Shown here: in pieces, positions 6,843 to 16,998 of the stretch
How positions within the stretch are numbered: the first letter of the stretch is position 1
Layout of the letters: each line of letters starts with the position of its first letter
Origin: an uncultured Acidobacteriota bacterium
GTDB taxonomy: Bacteria; Acidobacteriota; UBA6911
Direction: 5' to 3'
Length of the DNA: 64,000 bases
Assembly: GCA_963827655.1 (NCBI GenBank)
Contig: CAWHCF010000029.1
Location: forward strand, 1-64,000
Program-made: the position numbers and the translations under genes
Notes under the pieces: model-generated
Seen by the model: the letters and a program-made list of their open reading frames with translations, nothing else
Told to the model about the DNA's origin: nothing
The model's database searches: none

Positions 6843-9230
6843 CTAGGGCAAATACTCCCAGAATTCCGTCCTGAGCCAACGGACCAGTCGGCGCGTAAGA
6901 AGATACGCAATCGTCCTTTTGCCGCAGCGAATTTTCCCCACTCCGGTCATTCCGCCCTTTAGTTTTCCGTCCTGGTTGGCCAGCTCGCTCTTGATCAGCA
7001 CCTTCCGTTCCGTTCCGCTCTCTACAGCCACAGGCGCGATGGTCGTTACACGAGACTCAAAAGAATCGCTCGGAAACCCGCGAACTTTCAGCGTGATCGG
7101 ATACCCAATCTGGACATCCGCAATTTCCTTCTCCGGAATCGGCATGTCGATCACAACCACTCCAAGATTCACTATTTCACAGAACGCGTCTCCTTTCTCG
7201 ATGTAGTCGCCGAGCTTGTTTTTCAGGTACGGCGTGGTGACGACACCCTCAATCGGGCTTCGCAACTTCAGGAGTTCGAGCTGCCGGCCCAGGATGCTCA
7301 GCTTCTCCTCAAGTTTTTTCACATCGGCTGCAGCCGCTTCGATCGATTCCTTGCGTGTCCCGGCCTTCAGAAGGTTGAGCTCGCTCTGGCTGGCTTCTAA
7401 CTCCTTCCGCTTGATCTGCAAGGTGCGGTCAGTATTCTCCTTCAGTACCTGCAACTCCCTCTGAGACTCCGAGAGCTCCTTCGTGCGGACCTCGTACAAC
7501 GTGCTGTCGCGGTCCAGATCGTTCCTTGAGATCAACTCGCCGTCAAATAGTTTCTGACTGCGCTCGTAAGTCTCTTTGGCATTCCGGAGCTCGGCTTCCT
7601 TCTTCGCTATCCGTTCTTGAAGCAGCTTTTCCACCTCTTCGACCCGCGCCGCATTAACGAGTTCCGTCTCCTTCGTATCGATGTTTCTTCTGGCTCGGTC
7701 CAATTCCTCGGGCCGAGCTCCGGCATTTAACAGTTTTAGAACTGCTCTTTTCGATGCGAGCTCCCCCTTGGTTTCTTCGAAGTCATCCACAAGTTGGAGA
7801 TTCTCGATCACCGCCAGAACGTCGCCGCGGTGCACTGGACTTCCTTCATCAACATTTATCTCCTTCAGGGTACCGTCGACCTGCGCGCCAATCACCAGCT
7901 GATCCTGGGAACGAATGGTGAAATCACCAGGAATTTTGAGTTCCCAGGGAAGAAAACTCCCTCCTCCGGCAATCGCCAGTATCAGGAGGAATCGCGGGGC
8001 TTTCCCTAGTCGTGCCGCTAGCGCACCCAGGAACCGTCCCTGTGCCCTGAAGGTCTCTCGACTCGCGGTTTGAACCGAGATCACGCCTACGGCCGAAATA
8101 AGAAGGATCCCCCACATCTGATAATTCTCGATCAACCACCCTCCTATACGACTGATCATCACCGCAAGGAGACCTGCCGAAAAAACGAACGAAGCGATGC
8201 CGTATCTCCAGTAAATCCTCTTTTCCCGTCCGGTCGGCTCCGGCCCGACTGACGGTTCCGTTATCGCCAACAGCCATCGTTTCAATGTGCGCTTCAGGAA
8301 ACTAAACGCTCTCGGCCTCAGATTCGGAACTTCGAGGTAATCGCTCAGGAAGTAATAACCATCGAGCCGGATTAGAGGATTAAAGTTGAACAGCGTCTGA
8401 ATGCCGGAAAAGGCAATCACGGCGAGGCATACCCGGCCGGGAAATGTCTCCGGTGACACAAGTCTCCACGCAACAACTGCTAGCGACCAGATAAAGAGCT
8501 GAACAAATCCTCCGGCAAAAGTGACCCAAAGTCGCTCCCTCTTTCTCAAAAGCCACGCATCACTCACGTTACAATAGAAGGCAGGCATGAAATAGAGCAG
8601 CAGGAACCCCATTTCATCAACCCTGCCGCCAAAATGCTTCAAGGTAAGACCGTGAGCAAACTCATGAACCGTGAGCACGGCAAAAGCACAGACCATGACA
8701 AGCGGAAGAGAGCGCAACTCCAGCAAGCTTCCGACCGATAGCACCAGAGATTCCCAGTTGAGGATCGAGATACACACGGCAACGATTATCGAGATGGAAA
8801 CGAGGGTGACGAAAGAGCCACTGAAGCAAAATCGCAATTTGCGCTCGAGTCTTGTGAGCAAGGCATCCGGGTTGACGGCCCGAATCTTGATCGAGAGAAT
8901 GCTGCCTAGAAATCCGCTTCTCTTTCTCCCAAAACTCTCCAATCTTGACCAGGCCGCCGGCTCATCCAGAAGGAGCAGCTTGCGCAGCTTGTCCACGAAG
9001 TCCTGGACTTGTGCGGCAGTGACGTCGGTTTTCTCTTCCTCTGAAACGCCCTTTGCGAGAGAGACAGAATCTTGTTTTCCGTCGAGCCGGCGCAATACCG
9101 CCGCCTGGATAGGCGCAAAGCGATAGAATTGGCGAAGGATTGGATCTTTAACGATAAGGGGAGAACCCGGTTCCGAGGACTCCGCACGAATCTCCAGATC
9201 CGACCGCAGCTTTGGAAAAGCCCGCTCCAT
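6843..9230 (-). CDS. PqqD/RRE-like domain + M50 (site-2) zinc metalloprotease + HlyD-type membrane-fusion protein fusion
   Basis: GGAGG RBS before ATG 9230; N-terminal KDP..FYRF..VLRRLDGK..FVDKLRKLLLL; HEFAH zinc motif; NFNPLIRLDGY; TM helices; lipoyl-like halves (VDEGSPVHRGDVL; LRSPIEGVV) flanking a long coiled coil. Confidence 0.85.
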   Translation of the reverse strand: MERAFPKLRSDLEIRAESSEPGSPLIVKDPILRQFYRFAPIQAAVLRRLDGKQDSVSLAKGVSEEEKTDVTAAQVQDFVDKLRKLLLLDEPAAWSRLESFGRKRSGFLGSILSIKIRAVNPDALLTRLERKLRFCFSGSFVTLVSISIIVAVCISILNWESLVLSVGSLLELRSLPLVMVCAFAVLTVHEFAHGLTLKHFGGRVDEMGFLLLYFMPAFYCNVSDAWLLRKRERLWVTFAGGFVQLFIWSLAVVAWRLVSPETFPGRVCLAVIAFSGIQTLFNFNPLIRLDGYYFLSDYLEVPNLRPRAFSFLKRTLKRWLLAITEPSVGPEPTGREKRIYWRYGIASFVFSAGLLAVMISRIGGWLIENYQMWGILLISAVGVISVQTASRETFRAQGRFLGALAARLGKAPRFLLILAIAGGGSFLPWELKIPGDFTIRSQDQLVIGAQVDGTLKEINVDEGSPVHRGDVLAVIENLQLVDDFEETKGELASKRAVLKLLNAGARPEELDRARRNIDTKETELVNAARVEEVEKLLQERIAKKEAELRNAKETYERSQKLFDGELISRNDLDRDSTLYEVRTKELSESQRELQVLKENTDRTLQIKRKELEASQSELNLLKAGTRKESIEAAAADVKKLEEKLSILGRQLELLKLRSPIEGVVTTPYLKNKLGDYIEKGDAFCEIVNLGVVVIDMPIPEKEIADVQIGYPITLKVRGFPSDSFESRVTTIAPVAVESGTERKVLIKSELANQDGKLKGGMTGVGKIRCGKRTIAYLLTRRLVRWLRTEFWEYLP

Positions 9231-9442
9231 CCCAGGCCTCCATTGCGGGGGAAACTTACGACCCGGCGGGAATAGAGTTTTGAACGATGGAATGATATCG
9301 ACAGCCTCATAGAATTGCAATAGCGAGAGTTAGCGCAATAATCGCCACCAGCGGAGTTTCTTCAATTGACGGAGTTTTCAGCCCTCGCTATAATCGCCTG
9401 TCCAAATCGTAACGTGGAGCTAAGCGCAAGAACTCAAAGGAG

Positions 9443-10277
9443 ATGGGCATGTTTTCAAAAAAGGCTTTTGCACTTCCGCTGATCGCAATGTTGCTTGGCC
9501 TGTCCGCTTGCAGCAAGAAAGCAGAGGATGCGCCGGCGCCTGATTCGGCCCCAGCTGCCTCAAAGCCCGTCTTCAAACCCGGAGAAATGGTTTTGATTCC
9601 CGCCGGCGAGTTCATTTTCGGCGCAAATGACAAGGATGCGCCGGCCGTGGGCCCGGAGCAGAAAATCACGCTGCCCGCTTACTGGATCGACAAATACGAA
9701 GTTACCAACGGCGAGTATCTGGATTTCTCCATCAAGGGCGGCTATGCGAGTGAAGGCAAGAATTGGCGACTTTTCTTCACGCCCCAAAAGGTCAACTACC
9801 CGGTTGTGAATATCACCTGGAACGATTGTCTTGAGTATTGCAAATGGGCGGGAAAGAGGCTTGCCACAGAAGAAGAGTGGGAAAAAGCGGCTCGCGGTTC
9901 CGATGGGAAACGTTATCCGTGGGGAGACAAGTGGGAAGGGGGTCGCAGCAACACTTTCGAAGCCGGCGCTACGCGCGCCCGCCGAGGTAAATCAGTTTGA
10001 TGACGTCAGTCAATACGGGGTGCATGATCTGTTGGGTAACGTCCAGGAATGGACTGGAAGTTGGTATAAGGCCTACAAGGGAAACACCAAACCCAATCCC
10101 GACTTTGGCGAAAAGTATCGTGTCCTGCGGGGTTTGTCTTCAAATTTTTATGGCAGCCGAGGACATGTCTGGGACCGGTCGGCCTATCTGCCCAAGGCTC
10201 TTTATGGCTACGGCTGTCGCTGCGCGAAAGATGCTACCGCGGAAGAAGCCGCGAAAGCAGGCAGATCGGGTAGCTGA
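9443..10277 (+). CDS. Formylglycine-generating enzyme (SUMF1/FGE-sulfatase) family lipoprotein, one frameshift near 9970
   Basis: Lipobox LSAC; IDKYEVTN, PVVNITW, RLATEEEWEKAARG, YGVHDLLGNVQEW, GCRCAKD. Confidence 0.85.
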
Positions 10278-10358
10278 AAGATCCTCCGGCTTGCCGGTCA
10301 GTATCCGCGATGACAAGATTCCGCCGAGAATTTCGCATTGTCCATTTCGACGCGTGCC

Positions 10359-11537
10359 CTATAGAACGCGCGCTATGAAGCACTTCAGGTAATGAGTTTC
10401 AGGCATCGCGGCCAGGACGGGATGATCGAACGCCTGTGACCGGCGTTCAAGGACCTGAATATAACGATGGGCGTCACGCGCGGCTTCGCGGATCACTTCG
10501 AGAAAGGCGTCCTCGCTCAAATGGTATGAACAGCTCGAGGTGACCAGAATTCCCTCCGGATTGAGCAGCTTCATCGCCCGCAGATTGATTTCCTTGTAGC
10601 CTCCGATTGCGCCGGGAAGCGCGCCACGATTCTTGGCGAACGCCGGCGGATCAAGGCAGACGGCACCGAACTTTTCTCCACTTCGATCCAGCTCCTTCAG
10701 TATGTCGAAGGCATTTCCTTCTCGGAATTCGATATTGTCGATCTTGTTTAGTTCCGCATTTCGCCGCCCCTGTTCCAACGAATCGCGCGCCAGGTCCACG
10801 GCCAGGATCGATTCACAATGCGCAGCAAAATGGAGCGCAAAGGCGCCGGTGTTGGTGAACATGTCCAGCGCTCTTCCCGAAACGTAGCCCCGCGCCGCTA
10901 GTCGATTCTCACTCTGATCCAGAAAGAAGCCCGTCTTCTGGCCGGCGTTGAGGTCGACAATAAAAGAGATGCCATTCTCCTCGATCTGGACGTTATCCGG
11001 CACTGTTCCGAACAAGATTCCACGTTTCTCTTCCAGACCTTCGAGTCGACGGGCTTTGACATCGTTACGTTCCAGAATGCCACAAGGTTCAATCAACTCC
11101 CGCAAGATGTCGACCAGGAGCGTCTTGAGATTTTCCGACCCCCTCGAGAGCGTCTGGAGAACGAGGAAATCTCCATAACGATCGACGATGATCGAAGGGA
11201 GCAGATCGGCTTCAGCAAAGACCAGGCGACACGCCCTGCCTGCCTTCAACAACGGAATCCGACGGTTGATCGAGTCCTTGAGTCGGTCGCGCAATAGAGC
11301 CAGACCGGGTGGTTCCGAGCCTCGGCTGAAAAGGCGCAGCCGTATCTGAGAGAGCGGGCTATGAAAGGCATGCCCGAGAATATTGTGTGCGGCATCCGTG
11401 ACTCTTACAAACGTCGCCTCCGGTCGCTCCACATCGCGCGTTACGTCTCCCGCATAAACCCAGAGATGCCCCTGGCGCAACCGCCGCACGCCTGCGGGTG
11501 AGATCTCAACCTCCTGACCTGTGTCAAACGGATTCAC
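10359..11537 (-). CDS. rlmI: 23S rRNA m5C1962 methyltransferase RlmI-like (PUA + SAM-dependent MTase)
   Basis: GHLWVY, EADLLPSIIVDRY, GQKTGFFLDQ, LDPPAFAK, DHPV...PETHYLK. Confidence 0.8.
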   Translation of the reverse strand: MNPFDTGQEVEISPAGVRRLRQGHLWVYAGDVTRDVERPEATFVRVTDAAHNILGHAFHSPLSQIRLRLFSRGSEPPGLALLRDRLKDSINRRIPLLKAGRACRLVFAEADLLPSIIVDRYGDFLVLQTLSRGSENLKTLLVDILRELIEPCGILERNDVKARRLEGLEEKRGILFGTVPDNVQIEENGISFIVDLNAGQKTGFFLDQSENRLAARGYVSGRALDMFTNTGAFALHFAAHCESILAVDLARDSLEQGRRNAELNKIDNIEFREGNAFDILKELDRSGEKFGAVCLDPPAFAKNRGALPGAIGGYKEINLRAMKLLNPEGILVTSSCSYHLSEDAFLEVIREAARDAHRYIQVLERRSQAFDHPVLAAMPETHYLKCFIARVL

Positions 11538-11553
11538 GATGACTTCTCTTCGA

Positions 11554-12870
11554 CTACGGTTTGGTCTGCTCTTGCAGCGGGAAGGCTTCCTGCACGTACC
11601 TGAGTGCGTCCTCGCGTGATGCAACGGCTCGCTCCAATTGCAAGTCCTCAACCGCGCCCAGGATTTTCTTGAACACGGGACCAGGCTGGTAACCCATTGC
11701 GATGAGATCGTGGCCGGTTATGAGAGGCGGCTGCGGCGGCGGCTCCATTCGCATCGACTCGAGCTTGGCTTCGCAAAACCGGTAGCTTTCCAGGTCGCCG
11801 TGACTGCTCAAGCAGTCGAGGCGATGAAGCTCCAGGTGGTCTGCAAAATTAACTTTGCTCAGAAACCTTCTCAGAGTGCTCTCACGCATTTCCTTGACAT
11901 GCATGAATCGGAGATGATTGAGGACGAGATCCACTACCTGTTGGGTCTGGTCGTTGGAGATCCGGAGGCGCTTGCAGACCTCTTCCGCCATTCTGGCCCC
12001 AATCTCCACGTGCCCGTCAAAACGGATTCGCTCCTTCACCGCGAAAGTCGGGGGTTTTCCAACATCGTGCAGAAGAACGCCCAGGGCAAGCACGGCACTG
12101 GGATTCCGAAGCATTCCCAGCATCATCCGGGTATGGACAAATACGTCTCCCTCGGGATGATACTCGGGGGGCTGGTCGACGCCGCGCATCGACTCGACTT
12201 CCGGTAGTATCTGCAACAGAAGACCACTTTCATGAAGCAGGTCCAGCCCTCGCACCGGATCTCGCCCAGTCAGAATCTTCAGCAGTTCGTCGCGAATCCT
12301 CTCCCAGCTTACGAGCCGAATTTCAGCGGCTGAGTCTCGAATGGCCTGCCACGTTTCCGGCGCGATCTCGAAATTGAGGCTGCAGGCGAAGCGGACCGCC
12401 CGCAGCATTCGTAATTTATCCTCGGCAAACCTTTCGTTCGGTTTGCCAATCGTTCTAATGATTCGGCGCTGCAAGTCTCCTCGACCGTGGATGTAATCGA
12501 TGACCCTCGCGGCGAGCGGGTCATAGAAGAGGCCGTTTACCGTGAAATCTCGGCGCTGCGCATCCTGTCTTGGACCGACAAAGCTGACTTGCGAGGGATG
12601 CCTGCCATCGAGGTAAGGTCCTTCGCTGCGGAATGTGGCTACTTCATATGCGCGCCCGTACATGCGAACCTGAACGACTCCAAACTGGGCGCCGATTGGG
12701 GTGGAGTTTGGGAAGATTCGAAGTACTTCGTCCGGGAGAGCGCTGGTGGCAATGTCGACATCGAGCGGTTTTCTCCTCAGAAGAGAGTCCCGGACCCAGC
12801 CGCCGGCGAAGAAAGCCTCATGACCCTTCGCGCGCAGTTTTTCCACGATTCGCTGGGCGGCTCTTCGCAT
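11554..12870 (-). CDS. cca: CCA tRNA nucleotidyltransferase / poly(A) polymerase family with HD domain
   Basis: GGWVRD, DVDIAT, RRDFTVN, EDKLRMLRAVRF, HPEGDV, LLHDVGK. Confidence 0.85.
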   Translation of the reverse strand: MRRAAQRIVEKLRAKGHEAFFAGGWVRDSLLRRKPLDVDIATSALPDEVLRIFPNSTPIGAQFGVVQVRMYGRAYEVATFRSEGPYLDGRHPSQVSFVGPRQDAQRRDFTVNGLFYDPLAARVIDYIHGRGDLQRRIIRTIGKPNERFAEDKLRMLRAVRFACSLNFEIAPETWQAIRDSAAEIRLVSWERIRDELLKILTGRDPVRGLDLLHESGLLLQILPEVESMRGVDQPPEYHPEGDVFVHTRMMLGMLRNPSAVLALGVLLHDVGKPPTFAVKERIRFDGHVEIGARMAEEVCKRLRISNDQTQQVVDLVLNHLRFMHVKEMRESTLRRFLSKVNFADHLELHRLDCLSSHGDLESYRFCEAKLESMRMEPPPQPPLITGHDLIAMGYQPGPVFKKILGAVEDLQLERAVASREDALRYVQEAFPLQEQTKP

Positions 12871-12983
12871 GGTAGTTTCTGTGGAAAGACAACCGTCGTG
12901 TTCAGGATGCTCCCTCGGGTCCTAGCGGGCCGCTACCTGCCGAGAGTATGAAGGCTAGCCGAGGAGATTCACCAGGCCGGGGG

Positions 12984-14102
12984 CTACATTAGTTTTTCCA
13001 GAAATTTGTTCCAGTTGTCGTCAGGGAACATCTTCTGGCAAACAGAACGGTACTTAACAAATTTCTTCTTATCACCCAATTTGAAATAGCTGAGCGCCAT
13101 GCGGAAATAGAAAAGGTGATCGTTGGGAAAGCGGTTGGCGAGCTTCAGCGTTTTCTCCCCTTCCAGCGCGGCATCCCGGTAGCGACCGAGCTCGTAGTAG
13201 TTGTCGGTCAGGTAGCCTCGGAGTTCAGCCTTCTCCACTTTGTTTCTTTGCGGGCGCCGAAGGGCCTCCAGGATCAACAGCAACGATTTCTCATACTGCT
13301 CAAGGCGAAAATGGCAACGCGCAATTTTGGCGTGCAACCAGGTCAGGTTCTCCCTCTTCCCCGTGATCTGTTTCAGTTCGAGGATCTTCTGGTACGTATC
13401 AAGCGCCATCTGATCATTCGTCAGGTTGTAATGACAGTCGGCCACCTTGAGATAAATCTCGTCACGGCGCTCGAATTCGGGTTCCAGCTCGAGAACCTTG
13501 GAAAAGTACTTCAAGGCCTCCGGATATTGCTTGAGACTCAGATGATTGTTCGCCATGCTTTCGTACAGGTAGGCAAGGCCGGGATCATTGTCACTGAGCA
13601 CTTCGATCGCTTTCTGAGAGTACTGGATAGCCTGATCGTGTTTGCCCAGAGCTTCGTAGTTCCGGCTGATTCCCGCATACAGCATCCACCGGGTATCTTT
13701 CTCCTGACTTTCGATGTACTGCTCGCATACTCTTCTCGCTTCGAGAGACTTCGCTGTTTTCCCGTGATATTCCAAGAGCGATCCGAGATGAAAGTAAACA
13801 AAGCCGTACATGTCCGCCATGAATTCGGGCTTGTCGGGCTCGAATAGCTGAGCGGATTTCAGCAACTGCCGCAGGGCCTCGCGGTCATTTCCCAGGTTGA
13901 ACTGGCAAATCCCGATCCGCCCGGCGAAATAGGCCTGCACATTCGGCTGCTTCTCAAGCTTCAGCGCTCGAGCATAGTGCTCGCTGGCGCCGCTGTAGTT
14001 TTCCTTTTCAAAGAGCGACTCTGCGTAAGAATCAAGAAGAACAATCTTTTCTTGGTTGGAGCCGGAGCGCGCTAGCCTGCTGTTGAATTCTCGCTGGTCC
14101 AT
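12984..14102 (-). CDS. Tetratricopeptide repeat protein
   Basis: Multiple TPR-like repeats (e.g. ALKYFSKVLELEP). Confidence 0.8.
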   Translation of the reverse strand: MDQREFNSRLARSGSNQEKIVLLDSYAESLFEKENYSGASEHYARALKLEKQPNVQAYFAGRIGICQFNLGNDREALRQLLKSAQLFEPDKPEFMADMYGFVYFHLGSLLEYHGKTAKSLEARRVCEQYIESQEKDTRWMLYAGISRNYEALGKHDQAIQYSQKAIEVLSDNDPGLAYLYESMANNHLSLKQYPEALKYFSKVLELEPEFERRDEIYLKVADCHYNLTNDQMALDTYQKILELKQITGKRENLTWLHAKIARCHFRLEQYEKSLLLILEALRRPQRNKVEKAELRGYLTDNYYELGRYRDAALEGEKTLKLANRFPNDHLFYFRMALSYFKLGDKKKFVKYRSVCQKMFPDDNWNKFLEKLM

Positions 14103-14257
14103 CGTTAGGAGTGCCTCAGGAGGTTTTCAAGGGAGGGAGCATATTAGCATATCTCAACGACAGCTCAAATACGGCCTGCGCCTCTTCTTCGCGTCTCGGA
14201 ACTGGCATGGCCTCGCGCGATGCCTGGCGAACAGATGATATTTCAAGTACTGCGATT

Positions 14258-14887
14258 CTACTGATGGACCAGCGCGCGCCCGGGATGCAGCTCCACAGTC
14301 TGGATACCGTAAGGGAGCTTCGAAGGCTGCATTGGATCGAAGGGCGGTTTCTGCTTGCGCCCTACGGCTGAAATGATCTCCTCAACCAGAAAGTTAGGCA
14401 GTGCAGAGTCATCGAAATGAGCTTCTTCTAACTCGAATCGGGCCTTACCCTCCGCTGTGACGAGCTTGCCCCGAACTGCCAGCGTGTGGACTCCGGAAAA
14501 CATTTTGGTCATGAGCTTGGTAAGAACAGACTTGGAATTCATAGCGAGCGAGTCGAAATCAATACTGGCTACCCCCTGTAATTTGGATTCCTCGACTACG
14601 ATCACGAGACTCTTCAGGCTGGGATGGTAGTTCTTGCTCAACTCCAGGGCAAGATAGGAGTTAATTTCGTTTTCCGAAAACTCGATGGTTTGTTTCTTCG
14701 AGCGTGAGGAGCCGGCGGCGAACTCCTCGAGTCGCTTCAGCTTTACACCGCAACTCTCGGCGGCGGCCTTCGAAATCTGCTTTGAATCGGGAAGGGGGGG
14801 ACGGATCGGTGATGCCATGAGCGCGAAAGACAGTAGGGCAATCGACGTAAGCATCGTCAATCGTTTGGGTGCCAGTGAGAAAATCAT
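14258..14887 (-). CDS. Hypothetical exported/membrane-anchored protein
   Basis: N-terminal hydrophobic signal; 209-aa ORF directly downstream of lepB on the same strand. Confidence 0.7.
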   Translation of the reverse strand: MIFSLAPKRLTMLTSIALLSFALMASPIRPPLPDSKQISKAAAESCGVKLKRLEEFAAGSSRSKKQTIEFSENEINSYLALELSKNYHPSLKSLVIVVEESKLQGVASIDFDSLAMNSKSVLTKLMTKMFSGVHTLAVRGKLVTAEGKARFELEEAHFDDSALPNFLVEEIISAVGRKQKPPFDPMQPSKLPYGIQTVELHPGRALVHQ

Positions 14888-14902
14888 CCGGTTTTACTCC
14901 GC

Positions 14903-15562
14903 TTACCGAATGATTTTGAGGGTCCGGTTCCAGCGGGTCTTGGTAAAGAAGTTCAGAATCACGTCACCGAATTGCTTCAAACGCTCGGGGATGCTCGTCT
15001 GAAGGTACTCATCACGTGGTGTCTCGAATGACCAGTAGATAGCCAGCGCCTTGCCGATAATATGGTCTCTGGGGACATAACCCCAGAATCTGCTGTCCTG
15101 GCTATTATCTCGATTGTCTCCCATGGCGAAATACTTGCCCTCCGGAACCTGGAAGGGGCCGTATCGCTCATAGATGCTCCCCGCATCTATGTACTGAGTG
15201 TAGTCCTCTTTGAGGGGCTGGCCGTTTATGTAGACCGTGCGGCCGACCATTTCTACCTTTTCTCCCGGCAAGCCGATCAACCTTTTCACGTACGCCACTT
15301 CGGGGCTTTGGGGATACTTGAAGACGATGACGTCTCCACGTTTCAGTTCCTTGAACGGAAGAATTCGTGCGAGAGGTCCCGAGTGGAGGCCATAGACAAA
15401 CTTGTTGACCAGAAGGTGATCACCGATCAGGAGGTTTGATTCCATCGATCCCGTCGGGATCTTGAAGGCCTGCACCACAAATGTGGTGGCGAAAAGAGCT
15501 ATGATGGCGGTGATGACAATGGATTCAAAATACTCGCGGATGGTCGATTTCTTGAATTCCAA
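14903..15562 (-). CDS. lepB: Signal peptidase I
   Basis: AGGAGG RBS + TTG start; IPTGSME (catalytic Ser), YVKRLIG (Lys), GDNRDNSQDSRFWG. Confidence 0.92.
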   Translation of the reverse strand: MEFKKSTIREYFESIVITAIIALFATTFVVQAFKIPTGSMESNLLIGDHLLVNKFVYGLHSGPLARILPFKELKRGDVIVFKYPQSPEVAYVKRLIGLPGEKVEMVGRTVYINGQPLKEDYTQYIDAGSIYERYGPFQVPEGKYFAMGDNRDNSQDSRFWGYVPRDHIIGKALAIYWSFETPRDEYLQTSIPERLKQFGDVILNFFTKTRWNRTLKIIR

Positions 15563-16346
15563 CTCGCATCCTCCTGGAGAGAGCTTCCGGCGCCCGGATG
15601 ACAAAGATTAGCACATGGCCGGCGCTGGTGTCAGGCCTTGAAAATTCAAGATTCGTAACCACAACGCGAAGACGCGACCCGGTTGCGGTTTCGCGGTTCA
15701 CCGCCGATCACCGTGCACCTGGTCAGTAGCCGCAATCCGTCCGCGAAAGCGCTACCTCGCGAAACACCCGTGCCACGCGATTCGTCGCGGTCCGCCGGGT
15801 TTTCCTGCCGTTGTGGAAGATCAAGGCGGTTCTTACTCGGTTCAGACACAAGCGATCTCCATACGGCTTGCGGCTGGCGCCCCCACCACCTGTACCCGCG
15901 CCTTCGTCCACGCCTTCGTCCACGATGCCCACCGCCGTTTCGACTCAAGGGAGAGGCCCGGATCGTGACACGGTGCAATCTGGTCCGAGCCAATTTAGAG
16001 GATACACCGCAGATCCGAGCGGCATCCTCTTGCGAGCCAACGCAGACGTGACACCCATGTCCGCGGTGCGAGCCAACGCAGCATTGACGAACAGGATTAA
16101 CCGTAATTGCGAAATGCTAAGTTAAGACGAATTTTTGGACAGGTGTCGGAATTCTCGCCATCGTCACGGTAGACAGTCAATTCCTCCTCCGGGGGCTTTT
16201 CAGGATGTAAGTCCAATCCTCTTGAGGCGCTGGGGCTCCTCTTCTTCGCTCAGCTCGATGTTCTTATTTGCGGCACACGGCTTGCTACCAATGGGTCGCT
16301 GCTTGGATGCAATCCGCAAGACGCTGAGGGCAGTCCGGAGGAAATC

Positions 16347-16568
16347 ATGATAGACAAACCGACTGCCTTGGACATTCTTACCCGCCTCATGATGATCCTC
16401 AATGAATACGAATGGCATCCAGAGGATCGAACGGGGGCGCTCGAATTCGAGCAGGCGAAGCAGAATGCTCGCCAGTTCATCTGGGAAGCAAAGCAAGAAG
16501 CTGTTCGGCAACAAGCAATGAAGCGGCTCATGCAGCCCAAGCAAACCTTAACCTTTCGAAAGGCATAA
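16347..16568 (+). CDS. Small hypothetical protein (phage-like)
   Basis: GGAGGA RBS; 73 aa; in a mobile-debris region. Confidence 0.5.
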   Translation: MIDKPTALDILTRLMMILNEYEWHPEDRTGALEFEQAKQNARQFIWEAKQEAVRQQAMKRLMQPKQTLTFRKA

Positions 16569-16590
16569 CGATTAGAAACGAAACGAGAGA

Positions 16591-16755
16591 ATGATGACCG
16601 AACAAATGGAGAAAATGATGACTGAACAAATGACGAAAATGACGTGTTGGGATTGCGGCTGGGAATGGGTCCGGATGCCTGTTGATCCGGTTCCGGAGAC
16701 TTGTCCTCACTGCAAGAGCCAAAACATCATGGAACCTAAGAAAAATCTCTGCTGA
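16591..16755 (+). CDS. Small zinc-ribbon protein (CWDC...CPHC)
   Basis: Translated by hand: MMTEQMEKMMTEQMTKMTCWDCGWEWVRMPVDPVPETCPHCKSQNIMEPKKNLC; internal GGAG suggests a start at 16615. Confidence 0.55.
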   Translation: MMTEQMEKMMTEQMTKMTCWDCGWEWVRMPVDPVPETCPHCKSQNIMEPKKNLC

Positions 16756-16998
16756 ACGAAGACTGTCCTATCCGGAGCGAAACCGGAAGCAAAGTCGGGA
16801 AATCAGGGATCCCGCCCTACAAAGATATCTTGCGGGGGCTCGCGTAACGCTCCTAACGCGAAGGGTGTTCCCCGCTCCGCATGATCTTTAACGAGAGTGA
16901 GCGAGTACAAACTGAGACGCGAAGAACAAGAAACCCACGTCTCGACCTGGCGACATAGCTCCCGCGTGAGAAGCCGGTCGGGAGAGCCCTTGAATCGA

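Noticed and set aside
9960-10000. Programmed frameshift in the FGE-family gene (also considered for the esterase at ~59360)
   Set aside because: No slippery heptamer seen; a single-base error or mutation is simpler.
16031-16081. 15-bp direct repeat TGCGAGCCAACGCAG x2 as a mini-CRISPR or att core
   Set aside because: Only two short copies 21 bp apart, with no match to the tRNA.
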